In this document: positions 12,618-26,692 of the stretch, piece after piece
How the letters are laid out: each line of letters opens with the position of its first letter
How positions within the stretch are numbered: position 1 is the first letter of the stretch
Assembly: GCA_001643675.2 (NCBI GenBank)
Contig: LSRY02000034.1
Location: forward strand, 372,001 to 436,000
DNA: 64,000 bases
Source: Monocercomonoides exilis PA203
Taxonomy: Eukaryota > Protista > Preaxostyla
Reading direction: 5' to 3'
The notes under the pieces: generated by a model
What the model saw: the letters and a program-made list of their open reading frames with translations, nothing else
What the model was told of the DNA's origin: nothing
Databases searched by the model: none
Position numbers and translations under genes: made by a program

Positions 12618-13109
12618 GAATTTTGTCAAATTTTGATTGAATTCAATTTGAAAATATTATTGCGATGGAGAATTAACTGAATCCTAATTACAGTGCAACT
12701 TGTTCAACAATAATTCAACAACGAAAAATTCTGTACGACCCAAATTATTAGTCTTTTTTTTGGAAAAGAAACTTTTGTTCAATTTTCAACAAATAAAAAT
12801 TTTTTTCATGACAATCAAAAATTTTTACCAACTCTTGAAATTTTAATTCTCAATTTATTATTATGTTAACTTATTTGGACTTCCTATTTTGTGAAGTTAA
12901 GTTAGCGGGAACAAAAATTTGATGAAAAAATGTGATTTTTTATTTTTTTGGAAAATAAACAATAGGCACTTTTTAAATATATTTTGACATTTGTGTTTTT
13001 AATTTTGTGCTATCAATTATTTATTTTTGAATTATTTCGTTCTATTTTAATAGAATATCGATAATTAACTAACAATAAATTTCTCAATTTCAGAAAAAAA
13101 ATACAATCA

Positions 13110-14931
13110 ATGAATTCACCAGTCGAGAAGAAGTTTGTGTCAGAATGTTAAACATGATGAACGAACTTTTTTCTCCAATCCGTTCTGTACCTATTCGCAA
13201 ACTTCAATAATTATCTTCCACTTCCATTTATTCTTCTTCAACGAATTCAAGTGCACTCCATCATCCTCCTTTTCCAGATCCAACAAAAACTCCAACTCAT
13301 CACAGAGTGCTGCCTCTTCAGAAAGAAAAAAAAGATGAATTTTTTAATGAGAAAAAAAGATTCTCTGAAGATAGTGATACTGAGACCAGCTAGGAGGTTT
13401 CAGATTATTCTGAAGAGTTGGATGTCTCTGATTATTCTGAAGATAACATTCCAGTTGAAGAAGATTCTGGAGAGTCGGATGGGAGTGAAGAAGAAATAAA
13501 AGAAATGGAAAAAGATGAAATAAAAGAGACATTGAATGATTTAAAAGAAGTCAAACAATATTTAAAAAATGATAAACAAATTTATATTGAAAAAGCAAAT
13601 GCGTTATCCGTGATATCTTCTCAGAAATTATCTTCAAATGAAAACTTAACCTTTTCTCTTTCTTCTCAATCCTTTTCATCCTCTTCCTCTTCCTCTGCCT
13701 CAGCCTCAGCCTCAGCTTCAGCCTCAGCTTCTGCTTCTTCCTCTTCCTCTTGCTCGTCATGCCCTTCGGACTTGTATTTTCACCCAACCAAAATGGATTG
13801 TGCCCTCGCTCGTGTTGGAGTTGAGGGATCAAAGAAATATCTTCATATTGAAAGAATGTGGTCAGAAGCCACAAGACGCAAACATTCTTTGGTCGAGCGG
13901 CTTCTGACCACCTGGGCTCACAAGATTGGGCTAGAACCTTGGCCATTGCATCATCGAATGGACAGAGGGTTCGTTCTATTCTGTGGCAAAGAATGCCACT
14001 ACCCACTTTCATCAATTTGCTATATCATCATCCCATCTATAAAAAGATTAAACATTATTGAAAGAGGAAGAAGATTAAACAAAAGAACAGTTGACACAAT
14101 GAAACATGCTGTTCGTTGTTTAAAATATTCAAGTGAAGTGCCAAAAAGAGTCTTAAAAAAGGAACCAGCACTTCTTATGGATGTCAAGAGAATTGTTCAT
14201 TGTATTCCAACAAGGCATCTTTACAAGGCTCTTGAAAGCTCTCTTTATCAAGTTGCTGTTCATACAGGTGCGCGCGCAGTGACATTAGCAAACGTTAAGT
14301 TGTCACACATTACAAAAGTGGTGATGTCCAAAGAAACAAATAAACTTCTTTGAACATTGATATTCTTCAGAGCGAAGTGTCAATTCGACTGGTGAAGAGA
14401 TGTTACTTTAAAGGAATATGAGGAAGAGGAGAAAGATGATGATCCTGTATTTTGGCTCTCTCTGTGTAAATATCAGAAAACAGGAATAAGGCTTTCAAAT
14501 TGGTATGAAGATAAAGAAAAGACAAACCTTTACAAGCTCATGTGACCATTGAGTGTTGTTAGCATGAGAGAACGGTTCAAAAGAAGGGCCGAGACAGCAG
14601 GATATCCGCGCCATTTGTTCTGCTTCCACTCACTGCGCAGTGGGTTTATCTGCACAGCACTGATAATGTCCAATCAAGATGCTGAAACACAACGAGCCAT
14701 CATGGAAAAGACCGCTTTCATTGCAGGATGGAACCCAATTCGACTTTCTCAATGTAGCTACATTAAAGATGCTGTAAAAAGAGCAATGGTTGCATCGCGG
14801 CTAATAGCTCCTCCCATCGCAGGTCAAAAGCAGACAGTGTTCGACGAAACTCTCCTTGAACTTGAAGTATTTCATGGAATTTCATTCAAGGAAGAGGTAC
14901 CAAAGAAAAAGAGCCAGATGGAGAAGTATAT
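13110..14931 (+). pseudogene. Tyrosine recombinase (Crypton-like), 5' part
   Basis: HTGAR (14261-14275), FHSLRSG (about 14624-14644), AGW (about 14723) and SY (about 14756) are in one frame (ORFs 13418 and 14549) with internal TGA stops. Ser/acidic N-terminus. Confidence 0.8.
13680..13750 (+). repeat. (TCCTCT)n/(TCAGCC)n coding microsatellite (poly-S, SA repeats)
   Basis: Read directly from the sequence. Confidence 0.85.
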
Positions 14932-15799
14932 GGGCATTTTTTTTTGAAAAGTCACAAAATATTAATTGATCTGAAAATCAGATCACAAATGATCAGAAAA
15001 TGATGATCATTCCGTTACCATTATGTATTGCTGAATGTTATTCTTTTCAGTTTTGTCACGTCTATCACAAAATATTACGTTTCAATAAAACAGATTTCAT
15101 ATGTTATTTTCACTGTTTAGTCATATTTATGTTATTAAGTATTCTTTTTCTTGTTTTTTGAAGTAACTGAACAATTTGTTCATATTTCGTTGTTTTCATT
15201 TCAATTGTTCAAATCAACGTTTTAATTTTTTGAATGGAGTCTTCTTTTTGAATATTTTCTTATGTTGAAAAACAAATAGATTATAACTTGCCTTTATTAG
15301 AATATTTTGAAACGAAATTATTTAACTTGAAAATTTCATCGTAACTGTTTTCATTGTTTTATAAGAAATTCAAAAAGCTGTGAATATTGAGCTGTAATTA
15401 ATTTTTTAATAAAATAATAAATTACAACATATAATTTCTTTTGTTAAATGTCTTTTTATAAAAAATGGAAAAGAAATGGCATCTCAAGTTTTGAATCAAG
15501 CCACGAATCATATCTTAAATAGCATTCAACTGCTCATTTGATTTTTACTCATCTTTATCTTCTCATTTCAACAGCCTTCCAAGAAAACATGTTGAAACTT
15601 TTCCATTTGATCAAAAAAGATGAGATTTCTGTGATGATTGATGTTTATAAATTGAACATAGATAAAGTGTTTGTGACACGGAAGGCGCTGCAATTGTGTG
15701 CGATGTGTTATCTCAAAATGATTCTTGAAGCTGACGCAGTGAAGCGTTCGTCTCTTCTTTCAGCGCAATTAAAATTCAACATCTCTTTTAACTTCAGCA

Positions 15800-18700
15800 G
15801 AACAACAGTCTAATTCACTCTTCCAATGTGGAAGAAGCAAATAGATAAAGTCGGCAGCGTATGAGCAACCGTCATTATCGGAGCTTGTGATTGGCCCTTC
15901 AGATGTGTCGGCTGTGGCTGCGTCATACACATCGGCAGGAGCGATGGATGACAACGAGAGGCGGCTGGGGTGTATGAAAATCAAAAGAAGTCGTAACTGA
16001 GGGAGCAACAGACGCTTCGAATGATTTGTTGTGACGCGGAGGGCGGTGCTGTATGGGGGTGTTGTGTGTGCATACGATGTTGCGCTTTCGGCTATGCTTT
16101 CGGTTCTGCTGGTGGCGCAGCTTCCGTCGCTTGTAGCGTCGGTGGGAAAGAAATTTGACACTAAGTATCTTTCCTGCAGTGAATGTGAATGCGTTCTCGG
16201 AAGTAATAATCTGTTTATCACTTCGCTGCTTCTGTCTGCGATAGTGTTGACGGTGTTTTAATCACCACAGCCGATGCGTTTTATAACAAAAATAGACGAC
16301 GAGGCGATTGGGCAAGGGATTGCAGAATCTTGTGTGAAAAAGAAGCTGATGAGAAAACGATGGAGAAGGTGGGATTGAAAATTTAAGACGTAGTTCTATC
16401 ACCAGCAGCGATTGCACTGGCAGCGCTGGAGAAGCTGGATGAGGCAGAGGAAGGCGATGGAGAAGGCTGTGTTGAGATAAGCAGAAGGAAGAAGAAGAAA
16501 AAGAAAGCGGAGGGAGAGAGGGAGGTGATGTGAATGAGGAGAAAGGCGGGTATCCAACAGTGCATTGAGAGTTTGTGGAAAGTTCAAAAGAAATTCAGGG
16601 GAAGCTTGAAGAACCAATGGCGAAGCCAGAGGTTAAGATACTCTGAAGTGCTCCAGTCACAGAAGTTGCATTCTTCATTTTCTTCACATTCACGATGTAT
16701 CATACTGGTCTTCACAGTGGAAGTGAGAATGTGGGAACAGAAGCCCTATATGTTCTTGAGGACAATTTCAATGAAAATTGAGATTGGTGCGAAGAACGAT
16801 GCACAGCTGTTAAAAAGCTTGATTATAAGCTTTGTAATGAACGAGGAGTGAGGCAAAGACATGTGCGAATAACATAGAAAAAATGATTTGTTCGATTTTG
16901 AATAAGAGGAAGAGAAAATAGACGATTACGCTGATGATGAAGGAGATGAAAACAATGAAGACGATAAGGAAAGCGGTTTTTGGGATGAATACAAAAATTT
17001 TCGAGGAGAAAAGGTTCAGCCAGCACTTCGTTGACACATCAAAAGAATTGCAGATAACAGTGAGAAAGTGATGAAGAAGAGAGAAAAGGATGATAATGAA
17101 AAAAGAGAAGCCTCAAACGAAGAAAAGGAAATGAAAAGAAGCCCAATCTGAAAAAGAATGATTGCGATGAATCAGATGATGATGATGATAGACGCATCAG
17201 TAACAGCAAAAACAACAAAGAAGAAGATGATGATTATAAAGATGATTATGATAATGAAAACAACATAAGAAACTGTTGACGAATTATAAAAAAGGAGGAA
17301 AGCCCAATCCAATGAACGATCATCCTGCTAACCCACATTTGTTCTGATAAGGCTTCAAGATTGCCTTCTGTTGGGGCATTCACAACCGCCTGGCTTGTCT
17401 CAGTCATTTTCTGACAAGTGACGTCTTTTTATCAGCTGCTCTTTGGTGGGTTGTTCCTGTGCATTCGATCGTTCAACATATCGCCTTCATCTTTGTCCAA
17501 AGGCAAAAGAAAAGCAGCTGCCATGTTGCATCCTTTACTCTACGCCAGTTAGCTCTTTTTCCAATCCAATCTAGTCATTAATACACTCCACCACAACGTC
17601 AGAAGCGCCTCGGTGTTTAACAATCGGCTCGAACAATGTTCTGGCGTTTGTTTTCCAAAGCCATCTTTTTAATCTTCCACTCTTCCGCTCTTAGCCACTA
17701 CTGCTGAGCCAAAATCCTTCGCTGAAGGAGACCAGAGAAATTAGACTAATCTGCTGGACTCACAGTTTTCCTGATGAAAAGCTGAAGTTCGTATTCAAAG
17801 CAGGGCATAAATTTATCTGTATGAAGATCCTAATCTCAAGAACTTGTTTCCCTTCAATTTGATCCATTCTTTAATATTTCCTTTTTTCACAGAAGGCCTT
17901 TCGATTCTCCGATTGAAATGAACAGTTCAACGACTGATACGCTTGCCTGAGTGCCACAATGCTTGGAGATTCCGCAAGATGACATTCTCTATCTGTCTGT
18001 GCACGGTGTGATGCCTGACAAGAAGAAAAGTTATGTGATGATGCTGAAAAAGGAAATCAAGAACAGAAAGAAAGAAGAGAAAAAAGGAAGATGAAGAAGA
18101 ACAGGCAAAGAAGTTGAGCAAAAATGGCTGTACTACATGTAAGCAAAAGGTCCGAACCAACAGAAGAAGAAGAAGATGAAGAAGTCCTCCCTCTTCCTAA
18201 GCCACTTGTTGCGCGCAGAAAATACTGAAAAAGCAACCAATGGTGATGATGAACAAAATTTACGTTCAAATAACCACAATCGCTTTAGTCATTCAGATAA
18301 ACATGCGGATTCTGTGTTGTGATATGCTGAATGAGACGTTTTCGCAGACAGTGAGCGAGTTCTCGTTCATGTTGAAGGCATACGCACTTCTGAGCGGAAC
18401 GAAGATAGAAATGAATGAATGGAAATACGATGAATAGTGTTGAACAGTGAGAAGAAAGAGAAGATCAAGGAGGTGGAGGAAAAATCACAAGTGGATGAGG
18501 AGAAATATCACATGGAGAAACTAATAACAGCAGCTCAAGTCGCGCGGAGGAGAAGACTTTCATGTTAAATCCAACAGGCCCAGAACTTTCCATGTGCAGA
18601 AGTCGAATGCTCTGCTCCCTTGTTCCATTACGATCCAGATGAAGTTCTTCACATTCCCCATTTTTATTATCAGACTTGTTGAAGTGAAAATGAAAACTTG

Positions 18701-18980
18701 GACGAGTGGACCAGACGAACAAGGAGGTTGTAGCAGAAGAAGGCAGCACAGAGGATGCGATAAAGCTGATGGGGATAACACGAGGGAAGCCAAAACTGAT
18801 TTGATGTGTGGAGCCGCTGTTTGAATTGGAGAACTTTGGACAGAGCATAGAAGATAAAGAGGATGAAGAGGAAGAAGAGGAAGAAGAGGAGGAAGAAGAA
18901 GAATTTGAAAAGGAAGGAGAAGCAGGAGAAGAAGAAGAAGAAGGAGAGGGAGAAGAAGAAGGAAGAGAAGAAGATGATGC
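15800..18980 (+). pseudogene. Degenerate gene-like fragments with acidic/basic low-complexity tracts (cargo)
   Basis: Higher GC than the flanks and purine-rich D/E/K/R-coding tracts. No family motif recognised. Confidence 0.35.
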
Positions 18981-19649
18981 ATGACAATATATTGACTCCT
19001 TTTCTTTCCCTCTGCCGTATCATAATTTTGTGACACAGCTCCACATGCTTCCGATCACACAGCTGCAGCCAAAAGTTGATCGCATTTTCCATCTCGTTCT
19101 TCGCAGCTGCAGCCCCACTAGTTACACAACAAACCCAATCATCCACAACAGTGCTCGTTGCCCTTCTTTCTTCTTATCAGCCTGCTGCATAGACTCCATC
19201 TGCCGTTTCTGAACCACATCCACACCTGCTCCGAACCTTGCCCCTGTTAATATCACCGAAATCACCAGCCTCTGGCCATTTAGAGCCATCTTCAGCAGCT
19301 TAAAATACAGGCTAACTGCCTTCTTAACCGTTCTTTTCATAAATGGATAAAGATGTGCTCAAATTTCGGTGGAATAAAATATATCCTGATGCTTCGCGAA
19401 CAGTGTGAAGAAATCGTTGCAATATCACGCCTCCAGCACCGACACAAATTATTGCAAACAGCACCCAGACAGCATGCGCACATCCCGAAAGATCCGTAGT
19501 AACAGCATGTGCTGTATCTGCGGAATGATCTCTCACAAAAGAGACAATTGCTGCGAATAAGTAATCCATCAACAAGATTCGTGAAATGATAATGATGAAA
19601 AAGTCAATGAATCGCATCAACGAATTTCATCATTCAGCGCTAAAATCGC

Positions 19650-21491
19650 CTCCTTCCGCTTCGTTGCCTCTCTTCAGGTGTTATTCAACAGAAACCCTGG
19701 AAACACATTCACGAAGACCTCTCCCTTCTCCGAATGATATCCCTCAGATGCCCCAAAAAAATTTTTGATTTTCTTCTCCGAAGCCTCTTTAACCACTGAA
19801 TTGATTCACTTCAGAAACATCCTACACAAAATCATCAGGAAGATCTTGCTCTCTTCTGCAAGTGGCTTCAACTGAAAACCTTCAAATGACACTATGCAGT
19901 TGTCATGAAAACCACAACTTGTATTTTTTGCACTACTCCCGCGCAAACTTCCCTTGCAACAACACATCCGCAAAGTCCTTTTGTAACAGCTCCACGACTT
20001 TGATCATCTTTAATATTTCTGTCTCTCTCTTCTTCTGCGCAGCGTGCTTCTACCCCAGCCACATGTTCACAAAGTCTCCAAGCCACAGCCTTGTAACAGC
20101 ATCTCCCACCAACACAGCGCTGCCCTCACACAAGCCTGTTGCGATCTTGTCTCCGAATATCCACAGAATCCACATCAGTTTCCACACTTGCGACGACTGC
20201 AGCCTTGTCTTCTGCGGCTTCCCCAAACGCTTCATCTGCACGGACGACTGCAACGTGATCAGTATCAAAAGCACATGCGCTGTTTTGAGCTCCACATGTT
20301 CCGTCGATTCAAACGCTGTGCTAATCATCCGCTCCATCAAGGAAGACTCCAGCAAAGGCACTGAACCGGCAACATTTTCCTCATCCTAACCTTCCTTCTC
20401 CCACAAAAGTTCCCTCATTTCATCTTCTCTTTCAGCTCTTTCACCTTTACAGTCAGCTGCACTTCTGTCTCTTCATGTGTCATTTTCATTTTCTTCTTCT
20501 TCTGCTTCTTTTTCGCAAGCTCCGTCTGCTGCTTCTCAGTCACCTCCTTGAACAGCGCCTTCTGCTCGCTTATCGTCTGCTCCTGCACTTTCGACAGCAC
20601 CATTTTTTCGTATCTTTCGCTGATCCCAGATCTCGTTCACTAACTTTCACCTCAGTACAAACTCTTTCCACCCACAGTTGTATTCTTCCCACAACACTCA
20701 TCCCACTCCCGACTTTCACTGCAACCACCTTCCTGTCCAAGTTTGGTAATGGCTTAGCAACGCAGCGTTTTTTGACGATTGTTTCAAGCTTCACATGGTA
20801 CTTTTCACAAAATCCAGAAGGCAGAATCAACAAAGAAGAAAACGAAATCATCCCTCTTTCAGCTGAGGCCAATGATGAAGGCGTAGCAAGCGTTACCACC
20901 AATACATCATTTTCCGCTTGCCATCCACACTCACCACGCCACTCTGCTGCTTCTGTTGCCTCTTAACGTTCTCAATCCCCACATCAATTAACTCCACCTT
21001 CTCCTTCATGGCAACCAGCTGCTCATGCAGCTCCAGAATCTTCATCTGCTGCATCCGGATGATCTTATCTTTCCCGTCCAACAGCTCCACCAGAACGCTC
21101 GTCCGCTTCGATGTTATCTCTTCATCCCTTATGCCTCCAGTGCCTTCTCCAATTTCTTATCGATAGTTTCATCCTCTTCGTGCACTTCAACCTCTTGCCT
21201 CACTTCGTAGTCCAGCTTCACTTCCACACGCCTCGACTGTTGCGATCACCAAATCTGCAACGACATGTCAAACAGATCGTAGATCGACGTGAACGCATTC
21301 ACTTCCTCCACAACAAAGATCTGCTTGCTCCCCGACATCGTGTCCATCGACGCTGCAAGCGAAGGAAGCAGAGCCATCAGCGGAAACGAAAACATCACCG
21401 ATATCGCAGCATCGGAGGAATGAACAACACCCGAAGCAGCACAGCCCGTCACGTCAAAACGTTCCTCGGCTGCAACAATGGAATTTCCCAC
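19650..21491 (-). pseudogene. Degenerate unknown protein gene with coiled-coil-like segments (cargo)
   Basis: Chain of minus-strand ORFs (21246-21491, 20893-21090, 20570-20902, 20415-20603, 20050-20361) linked by stops and frameshifts; GC-richer. Confidence 0.45.
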
Positions 21492-22159
21492 ATGAACACA
21501 CTAACTGCCTCTTCCACAATAATTTTAAATTTCCTTTTTATGTTGTACGCTTTTGATGCAGATACTTTTGACGCTGTTAATGCCAAAGTGCCTGAAATAT
21601 CATTTTAACTCAAAGATGAGAAAAAAATAGCAATTTTTATTTATAAATTATTCAAAAATCTTTTTATGGAAAGATTATTTGAAGCATTTTTTAAGTATAT
21701 GCGTTCTATTCGCACAACTTTGAATGAATTCGTGTATTTTAAGCTTATTAATGTTGAATTCTTCAAAATCATAAATATGAAAAAGAATTGCAAGAAAAGA
21801 TATGTTTCATCATTCATTTATTGGAAATTGAATAATGCAAAAGAGAGTTAGTTAATAAACAATAAAATAAGACGTATTTAAAAACGTATGAATTGAAATA
21901 GTTAAAAATTATTTCATTTTTTTGTTCATCATGACCTACAACTAAAAGGATACACACTAATACATATTCAACAATTAAACTAAATGTTTATATGAAATGA
22001 ATCAAATTGAAACTTAATACTTTATAATTAGTCAAATAAGCGAAAAATTGGAATAAATGACAATATAAGATGGGAACGGAATGATCATCATTTTCTGATC
22101 ATTTGTGATCTGATTTTCAGATCAATTAATATTTTGTGACTTTTCAAAAAAAAATACCC

Positions 22160-23073
22160 ATATGAAGTTGGTTAATGAAAGAATAAGAAAGAATTTCGGA
22201 GAGTTGATTGTAGAGGAATCGAAAAGAGAGAGGAACATTAAGAATGGAGCGAAGAAATTGATTGAAGAAAATGAAGAGTTGATGATGGTTGCAGAATATA
22301 GAATGAAAGAAATAAATGATAAGAAGGAAGAAGAACAAAGAAAGACTGACCTTTACTCAATTGCAACATCAGTTGCAAATATATTCATCAAAGATCAACT
22401 CTTTCAACAAGGAAAGACCCCAGAAGAAATGGCAGAGCTGTTCTGCGGAATGGCTGAGAGCTGCACATCAAAGGCGCCGGTTAGAAAGTACAAACATAAG
22501 GTTGAACATATGTCACATTTAACAGTGAAAGAGAGAAGAAAGAAAGAGTGAAAAGAAGTGTTGAAAGACAGAAAAAGAAACGAAAAAAATAATAACTAAA
22601 GAATTAGATGGATGAAAGAAGATGATGACAAACTGATTCAGCTGTACAACGAAGGCAAAAGAGCTACTGAGATGATGAAGGCTTTTACCTACAGGGATCG
22701 TCAACACATTGACTATCACCTTCAGGTTCTTCTGAAGAAGGGGAAGATAAAAAAACCTGAACCACTTCCACTTGAGGATATAATAGAAAAAGTCAAACAA
22801 ACTCAAAAGACAGAAGAAAAGAAAAAGACATACAAGAAAAGAAAACCAGTTGACATGGATGATGAGTGGGAAAACAGAGAGACACCAACGAAGAGGAAAA
22901 GGAATGATGATGAAGAGGAAGAAGAGAACGCTGCTGAACTTGAAATGTTGATGAAGAAGATTCTGAACAAAAAGAAGAGCAAGAGGTTGAAGAGGAGCGA
23001 GGATGGAAGTGAATGGGTTAGGGTGGACGATGATTCCGAAGAAGATGTTCCATGCTTGTATGTATGGAGGTAA
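22160..23073 (+). pseudogene. Tyrosine recombinase gene, 3' part, with Myb/SANT-like repeat
   Basis: ORFs 22162 and 22612 share a frame. RWMKEDDDKLIQLYNEGK..FTYRDRQHIDYHLQVL resembles the Myb W-T-x-E-E-D..R-x-x-x-Q-I pattern. Confidence 0.7.
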
Positions 23074-23079
23074 GTTATA

Positions 23080-24700
23080 TATAAAATGTTTTTTAACATC
23101 ATCATACACCAATATAACAAGATATTATTATAAGATACAATTAACTTTCTTTAAAAGAAAAACAAAAACAAACCTGAATAACTTTGCATCACATTCAATG
23201 AATGTTCATACTTCATAATGCTTCGTCATTGTGAAATCAATGCTTTCTATTATGTGAAGGCAATTACAACATGATAATAAAGTTTAAAAGCAAAAAAAGT
23301 CATAATTAGGATTTATAAAAGTTAGTTGTTGTCATAAAAAATCACAATAAAAACATCAAATATGAAGTTATATAAACATGTAATATAATATGCAACAACA
23401 TAGTAAGTCAAAAACGTAAATAAAAATGAAAAATTAAAAAACAAACCAAAAACCAAAAATTGAGTAAAAATAACACATTGTGGGTCAAGAGTTATTCAAA
23501 GAAAACAAAAAGATCAAAGTTTATTCAGTCAAAAAAAAAAATTCCAAGAAAAAATTATAAAAATTTCAACAAATAATTTATGAAGCAAAATAAATAACTC
23601 CTAAATAATTTTAATTATTTCCTGAACAAACATACATTATATTTCCAGCTCTATGATATGAATGTTAACAGAAAACAATAAAAGTTGATTTATGATCAAA
23701 TAATTATCACTGTTTCGTTCAAAAGCAAAGTTTTTATTATTTGTTTGTAGAAAGTTTAGTTTCTATTTAGTTAGAAAACTTTCTATTCAAGGTTTGGATC
23801 AAAATATGTGTTCATATTATTATTTCTCTTTAATAAGAAATACATCAAAGAATTACTCATTCCTGAATAAAATGAATGTGTGAAAAATTTCATTCAATCT
23901 AAAATTCTCAATTATTCAATCGTCATCTTTAAAATTATAATATAAATAACTATCATATTTTTGTTCGATTAAATGAAATTCAAATAAATAAAATGTGCAA
24001 ATTTAATAACAAACAACTTTTAACATAATTTTAACAAGATTTTGTATTTCAAAGTTAAAACATTTTTCATTACAGTTTTTTTCTTTTCTAACTGTATTTT
24101 ATTAAACTTCAAACTTTTTCAATACTAATTTAAAAAATCTCTCATAAATCTAACTAATCAGATGAAAATAATTATTAACAAAAAATTTATTTATTTAACA
24201 AAAAATTATTTTTCTTACATTCAATTATAAACGAACATTATGAATTATAAAAATAATCCATAATATTAAATTAATAATATAGCAATAACAAAGAATCATA
24301 AATTAAATAATGAAAATTTATATCTAGAATTTGTTAATTCAATTTGAACATTTTTGGTAGTGTTTATAGGAAAACATTATGTTAATAAAAGATTACATGT
24401 ATATTTTAAAAAATTCTTTCTTATTCTTAAGTATTTTAACTTTTTCATATAAAATTATTTTTTAATATTATAAAAAAAGAATATTTGATGGATGGGTTTA
24501 TTTTATATTTTTAAGTCATTTATTATTTTAATAAAATATTTTGTTTTTAATATTGATAATTTTGAAAGTTAATTTGTTAAAACTTTAAATTTTTATTTTT
24601 ATTAATGAAATGATATCTTAAAGAATTAATATTTTAAATTTCTTTTGAAGAATGAATGATCAAGAAATAGTTGAGATTGTCTTTTAATTACGTTATTTAC
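23080..24700. other. Extremely AT-rich non-coding tract
   Basis: Base composition; no ORF of 60 aa or more after 23218. Confidence 0.7.
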
Positions 24701-24729
24701 AGATCGTTGTAGTTGTTGAAATAGTGAAT

Positions 24730-25500
24730 GTTTGTCATTTTTTCATCTCATGTTCTTTTGAAATATTCCTCATACCTCTTCATTCCTTTTTGAAACAGGT
24801 TAACATCAAGCTTTCCTCCTTCTATCGTATCAGAAACAAACAAACCCTTGTAAGGTTTCCAAGATGATACAGCAACTTCAATTTTGATGAAGTGAACTAA
24901 AAGATGAGCATCAAACAGCCTTTAACCTTTGGTAAATATCGAAGAAATGGGATGCAGCACTTTTATTGTTGTGGAATCGAACAACAAAGCCACATAAGGA
25001 AACTCCTCATTGTGATATATTGGAGGCATTTGTGAAGTTGATAAAATCTAGTTCCACACAGAGTGCAAAGCCGGATAAACTTCTTTCAAACAATAGCTTA
25101 TATTCGTTTGAGTAATTTTCATCAAATAAACAATTCGTTTCAATGTCAAACAGATCAAAGGTCTTTTGATAAAAAATTTGCATTGTTAAAAAACAAATGT
25201 ATTTTCTTTTTGAATAAAGGAAAATGATATTTTTTAATTTCATTAATCAAAAATATTTCTGTTTGTTTTCACAGTCAACGCTTCAAATCTCCATATGATG
25301 AAAGCAATTTCATATCAATAACATTTTAATTTGGTGCATTCAATGAAAAAGTTTGAAATGAATATTGATATATTTTCTTGTAAAATGTGGTGTCCAGTTG
25401 AAGCTGAAAAAATGACATGTGAATCTTTTTTGTGAAAAGAAAAAAAAAACTGGAAAAGACGAAGAATTTCACATCCCTCATTGATCAATTCAATGATCAA
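24730..25500 (-). pseudogene. PIF/Harbinger (DDE_Tnp_4-like) transposase relic
   Basis: Minus strand reads EFPYVALLFDSTTIKVLHP..*RLFDAH..KIEVAVS..GLFVSDTIEGGKLDVNLF, matching the D-x-T, Y/F-x-x-K/H-H..K and G-x-x-D layout of Harbinger nucleases. Confidence 0.55.
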
Positions 25501-25574
25501 TCATATAGTTTTTTCAAGAAATTGGCTGATGTCAATTAAAAAAATCAACAATACTCAATAAAAAAGTTTTATTT

Positions 25575-25814
25575 GGGTAATTCTTTTTGAAAAGTCGCAA
25601 ACGTTTAATTTTCAAATAAAAATTTTTTTTCATATTTTACTCAAATTTCTGTTAACATCAACCATACTTCTCTAATATGGAATTTATTTCTGGATAATGT
25701 TATTTCACACATTCTTTAGAAGATTCGTAAGTGGAAACAAAAATTTGAGCAAAATATGAAAAAAAATTTTTATTTGAAAATTAAACGTTTGCGACTTTTC
25801 AAAAAGAATTACCC
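25575..25814. mobile_element. GGG..CCC MITE (240 bp)
   Basis: TIR GGGTAATTCTTTTTGAAAAGTCGCAAACGTTTAATTTTCAAATAAAAATTTTTTTCATATTTT (more than 60 bp). Perfect ATTT TSD. Confidence 0.92.
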
Positions 25815-25977
25815 ATTTATTATGTTTTGTGAAATTCAATCTCTTGAAAAAAAGATCACAATTCAAAAATAAACAATGAAAACGTTTGTTGAACAAAAAA
25901 GAATAGAAGGGCAACAAAAATTAAAACATGCCTTGCTAAGTTTTCATTATTGAAAGAATCAAAATTCATTAGAACGA

Positions 25978-26692
25978 ATGACACATATCATGTATGATGG
26001 CGTCGTCAGGATCACAGACGCAATCAATTCTAAGCAATTCAGCCACAACAGCATAAAAAACGCAGTTCGGGTTTTGCGAAAAAAAAGTTCAATAGGAAAA
26101 CAGGGGAGACGGCAGGTTATTAACAGAGAGAAGGAAGAAACAGTAATGGACGTTATTAAAATAGACTCCGTTTGCAGAAGCAGTTTGATAATGAAAAAAC
26201 AAGAGAATAGGTTTGTTCAAGTTTTTTATTGTAACAATTACATTTTTTCTTTCGATGGAAAATGTTTTGAACGATACTAAAGAAGAAAACGAGCCACATA
26301 TCAAAGTTTCAAATGCTGCGGAGTCCGTGTTTTTGAAGCGGCATCCCGAGTTAAGGAAGAGCAAACCAAATGGTTAAGACATAAATCGGTTGAATGTGTT
26401 ATGTCAAACCGTGATGAAGCCCTGGTATCAAATGATGACAGGTTTGCACGAAAAAAATCACTGTAAAATTTCATTAATATTTCACGTGCATAAATCTTCT
26501 TTACGTGTATCATCTGCTGCAAATATCAGCGTTATCCATTCATCGAACCAAAGTGCAGTATGTCGCAAGGATACACAAAGAATTGACAACGCGATACTCG
26601 TTGTTGCATTGGATGCTGATGGTTATTCCGTTTCTTGTGTTATCCTCTTACAGGCTATTCTTCTTTCCGAAGATTGGGAACTGTTTTCTTAG
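25978..26692 (+). pseudogene. pogo/Fot1-like (CENP-B HTH + DDE_1) transposase relic
   Basis: GKQGRRQVINREKEE, a probable GTTTG-donor intron at about 26211, FLKRHPEL..INRL..PWY..LIFHVHKS (degenerate IFNxDE) and VALDADG. Confidence 0.6.

Larger units (their letters stand above)
14932..22159. mobile_element. 7.2-kb non-autonomous GGG..CCC TIR element with gene-like cargo, inserted into the recombinase gene
   Basis: ~85-bp near-perfect TIRs (GGG(C/T)ATTTTTTTTTGAAAAGTCACAAAATATTAATTGATCTG...). ATAT TSD at 14928-14931 and 22160-22163. Excision restores EKYMKLVNE in frame. Confidence 0.92.
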
